Source: Naegleria gruberi (lineage: Eukaryota). Taken from it: a stretch of DNA of 1,217 nt. The stretch's first letter is position 1, and every line of letters starts with the position of its first letter. Made by a program: the position numbers and the translations under genes. The stretch lies in the NCBI GenBank assembly GCA_000004985.1, contig GG739279.1. One strand, written 5' to 3'. Shown one piece after another: positions 1-1,217 of the stretch. Below the pieces are notes generated by a model. It was not told the DNA's origin, did not search any database, and was given only the letters and a program-made list of their open reading frames with translations.

Positions 1-102
1 CGGGCGAATATGGACGTATCTATGATACAATGGATTCATATGTTATATGTCTCATAATCGCTTTTGGCTAATTCGATGCCCGACTAGTGCGACAATCCGA
101 TA

Positions 103-113
103 TTTTTTTTTTT
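103..113. repeat. Homopolymer T11 (A11 on the minus strand)
   Basis: Eleven consecutive T at 103-113, read directly from the sequence ('ccgatattttttttttttgtgcaac'). Confidence 0.9.
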
Positions 114-136
114 GTGCAACCGATGTTACCGTTTAC

Positions 137-143
137 TATATAA
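137..143 (+). promoter_or_regulatory. TATA-box-like heptamer 'tatataa'
   Basis: 'tactatataatttc' at 134-147 matches the eukaryotic TATA consensus TATAWAW. AT-rich DNA yields many such matches by chance and no transcript is apparent downstream. Confidence 0.1.
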
Positions 144-306
144 TTTCTAGTAAGGTATGTTTACACCATCGCTTAATCAAATAGACAATGTAGGGTTTTT
201 TAGGAACTCTTGGTTTGAGATTCTTTAATATCCAGTATAAGTCACACCGAAGTAATGTAGATATTATGTTGTTTTCGCTCGGGGTCCATTCTCGATTTTA
301 CCAGCG

Positions 307-351
307 AAAAAAAAAATCGAAAAAAAATTTTTTACTTTTTGGACCTTTTTT
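307..351. repeat. Compound A/T homopolymer block: A10-tcg-A8T6-ac-T5-ggacc-T6
   Basis: Direct reading: A10 at 307-316, A8 at 320-327 immediately followed by T6 at 328-333 (a self-complementary A8T6 core), T5 at 336-340 and T6 at 346-351. This block produces the low-complexity K/F-rich stretch of the only called ORF. Confidence 0.9.
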
Positions 352-379
352 GAAAAACAAGGGTAACTTAAAGTCACGA

Positions 380-386
380 GGGGGGG
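380..386. repeat. Homopolymer G7
   Basis: 'cacgagggggggtgttgtg': seven consecutive G at 380-386, embedded in otherwise AT-rich sequence. Confidence 0.9.
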
Positions 387-608
387 TGTTGTGTCATATA
401 AAAAAATCATTATTTAAATAACTCGAAGGTGCACTGCAAATTGTCGGACAAAATAATCCACTATAATAAACATTGTTTGATGCCAAACGTTCGGGAGGTA
501 GTCCAAACGGAGCAAGTAGGAAGTAAGGGCATTTTTGGGAAATACGGGGTTTGAGAAAAATTTAAAATAGTTTTCACAGACCGATTATTTCGTCCGACGG
601 GTTTCGTA

Positions 609-739
609 GGGGTGTTTCGGGAAATTTTGTAAAATAAAATTTAAATGTTTATTACAACCGCTACATTATTAAGGCTAGTTATTATCCACCATACTTTGAA
701 AAAGTTGGAAAATTTTTTTCCAAAATTTCCCGAACACCC
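609..739. repeat. Foldback / MITE-like inverted repeat: ~20-bp arms (609-629 and 721-739) around a 91-bp AT-rich loop
   Basis: The left arm 'ggggtgtttcgggaaattttg' (609-629) has reverse complement 'caaaatttcccgaaacacccc'. The right arm 'caaaatttcccgaacaccc' (721-739) matches it with 14 perfect bases, a 1-nt indel, then 5 more matches. The loop 630-720 is very AT-rich. The arms are seen directly. Interpretation as a mobile-element remnant is inference. Confidence 0.75.
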
Positions 740-813
740 AATTTCGGACTTTCTCCCCGACCATATCTTTTAAAAACTTTTATGTGATGATAAACTATGG
801 GCTACTTTCGTCT

Positions 814-824
814 AATTCGCAAGT
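814..824 (+). repeat. Copy 1 of the direct-repeat 11-mer 'aattcgcaagt'
   Basis: Exact match to 1001-1011 and 10/11 match to 1091-1101 ('gaatcgcaagt'). Copy 1 lies 8 nt upstream of the T14 tract. Confidence 0.8.
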
Positions 825-831
825 GAAGCGC

Positions 832-845
832 TTTTTTTTTTTTTT
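832..845. repeat. Homopolymer T14, preceded by the GC-rich 'gaagcgc'
   Basis: 'gtgaagcgcttttttttttttttgacaa': fourteen T at 832-845. A T-run of four or more is the RNA polymerase III termination signal in eukaryotes, and a GC clamp plus U-tract resembles an intrinsic terminator. Only a 3-bp stem (cgc..gcg) is available upstream, so the terminator reading is weak. Confidence 0.9.
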
Positions 846-1000
846 GACAAATCAAAATATCGACTATTTGACTGTGTTTTGATATCTATAATCGCTCCAG
901 GAGTCCTAGAAGCCGTTTTGACCCTGTCCAATCAAAAGTAAGGGTCGGATTGACTATAAACTCGAGGGGCCCAGGAACTAGCAATATTTTATTTTCCCGA

Positions 1001-1011
1001 AATTCGCAAGT
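1001..1011 (+). repeat. Copy 2 of the 11-mer 'aattcgcaagt', directly preceded by the foldback sub-motif 'ttttcccgaaatt' (992-1004)
   Basis: Exact 11-mer match to 814-824. The upstream 'tttcccgaaa' (994-1003) is identical to the core of both foldback arms (726-734 and the reverse complement of 615-624). Confidence 0.8.
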
Positions 1012-1037
1012 AAATTTTTCTAAAATTTTCGATCGAA
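1011..1037. repeat. Tandem 10-mer (taaatttttc / taaaattttc) running into the perfect 10-bp palindrome 'ttcgatcgaa'
   Basis: 1011-1020 'taaatttttc' and 1021-1030 'taaaattttc' are adjacent and share 8 of 10 positions (9 of 10 if read as a single A/T boundary shift). 1028-1037 'ttcgatcgaa' equals its own reverse complement. Confidence 0.8.
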
Positions 1038-1090
1038 GGTTTTGCACTAATATTATTTATTTACAATAAACTGGATTAAGAGAATCCTCT

Positions 1091-1101
1091 GAATCGCAAG
1101 T
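1091..1101 (+). repeat. Copy 3 of the 11-mer, variant 'gaatcgcaagt'
   Basis: 10/11 identity to copies 1 and 2. It is followed by 'cggggttttttgaggagc', which contains the GGGTTTTTTGAGGA motif. Confidence 0.7.
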
Positions 1102-1217
1102 CGGGGTTTTTTGAGGAGCTAAAATTCAAGAAATAATTAAATACGAAATTGTTTGTATGACATTACAATATCATTGTGTCATTTAAATTATTTTTTTCCT
1201 TCATTTTTACTCCCCGA

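Noticed and set aside
215-421. 68-aa ORF (MRFFNIQYKSHRSNVDIMLFSLGVHSRFYQRKKKSKKNFLLFGPFLKNKGNLKSRGGVLCHIKKSLFK)
   Set aside because: The lysine- and phenylalanine-rich segment is the literal translation of the A10/A8/T6/T5/T6 homopolymer block and the G7 tract. There is no recognisable domain, and no ribosome-binding-site or Kozak context was assessed as convincing. It is the only ORF in an otherwise stop-dense window, which is the expected chance outcome for 1.2 kb of AT-rich DNA.
486-499. Pol III B-box-like 'cgttcgggagg' that might pair with the T14 terminator
   Set aside because: It matches only the GTTCG core of GGTTCGANTCC, no A-box lies at the right distance upstream, and it is about 340 bp from the T-run. 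That is too weak to call a Pol III gene or SINE.
682-690. DnaA-box-like 'ttatccacc' (8/9 match to TTATCCACA) inside the foldback loop
   Set aside because: It is a single occurrence with no cluster of boxes, no adjacent DUE or dnaA/dnaN context, and the window otherwise looks eukaryotic. It is a chance match in AT-rich DNA.
54-896. Shared 9-mer 'ataatcgct' at 54-62 and 888-896
   Set aside because: Roughly three random 9-mer pairs are expected in a 1.2-kb window, so this is not distinguishable from chance.
961-971. Overlapping XhoI (ctcgag) and ApaI (gggccc) sites, 'ctcgaggggccc', resembling a cloning-vector polylinker junction
   Set aside because: The pBluescript-type MCS reads gggccccccctcgag, a different C-run length. 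The flanking sequence is not vector-like and the AT-rich repeat structure continues across the site. It is probably a coincidental GC-rich 12-mer.
1-1217. CRISPR array, tRNA, rRNA or other structured RNA gene
   Set aside because: There are no regularly spaced direct repeats of 24-48 bp with unique spacers. There is no cloverleaf-compatible segment and no convincing A/B-box pair. The repeats present are short 10-11-mers at irregular spacing.

Overview
This 1217-nt window is AT-rich (about 34% GC by hand count) and has no credible protein-coding potential. The only six-frame ORF (215-421, 68 aa) is a low-complexity K/F-rich translation of an A/T homopolymer block and is almost certainly spurious. 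The window does contain several homopolymer tracts: T11 at 103-113, A10/A8/T6/T5/T6 across 307-351, G7 at 380-386 and T14 at 832-845. CpG dinucleotides are not depleted; by eye there are more than the roughly 35 expected. Short A-tract/T-tract alternations such as 'aaaattt' and 'gaaatttt' are frequent. Together these features look much more like eukaryotic intergenic, intronic or repeat DNA from a lineage without CpG methylation than like a prokaryotic locus, where 1.2 kb with no ORF and 14-nt homopolymers would be atypical. The flavour is nematode- or insect-like, but this is a guess. The structured content is as follows. (i) A near-perfect ~20-bp inverted repeat at 609-629 and 721-739 flanks a 91-bp AT-rich loop, giving a foldback or MITE-like element. 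(ii) The 11-mer (a/g)aatcgcaagt occurs three times in direct orientation at 814-824, 1001-1011 and 1091-1101. (iii) The 10-mer tttcccgaaa shared by both foldback arms recurs at 994-1003, directly abutting the second copy of that 11-mer. (iv) A dispersed GGGTTTTTT(G)AGGA / GGTTTGAGA motif appears four times. (v) A tandem 10-mer is followed by a perfect 10-bp palindrome, ttcgatcgaa. I see no RNA gene, CRISPR array, or defence-system or operon architecture. The most likely reading is a decayed repetitive or transposon-derived noncoding region, and the foldback plus its dispersed sub-motifs is the part most worth checking.
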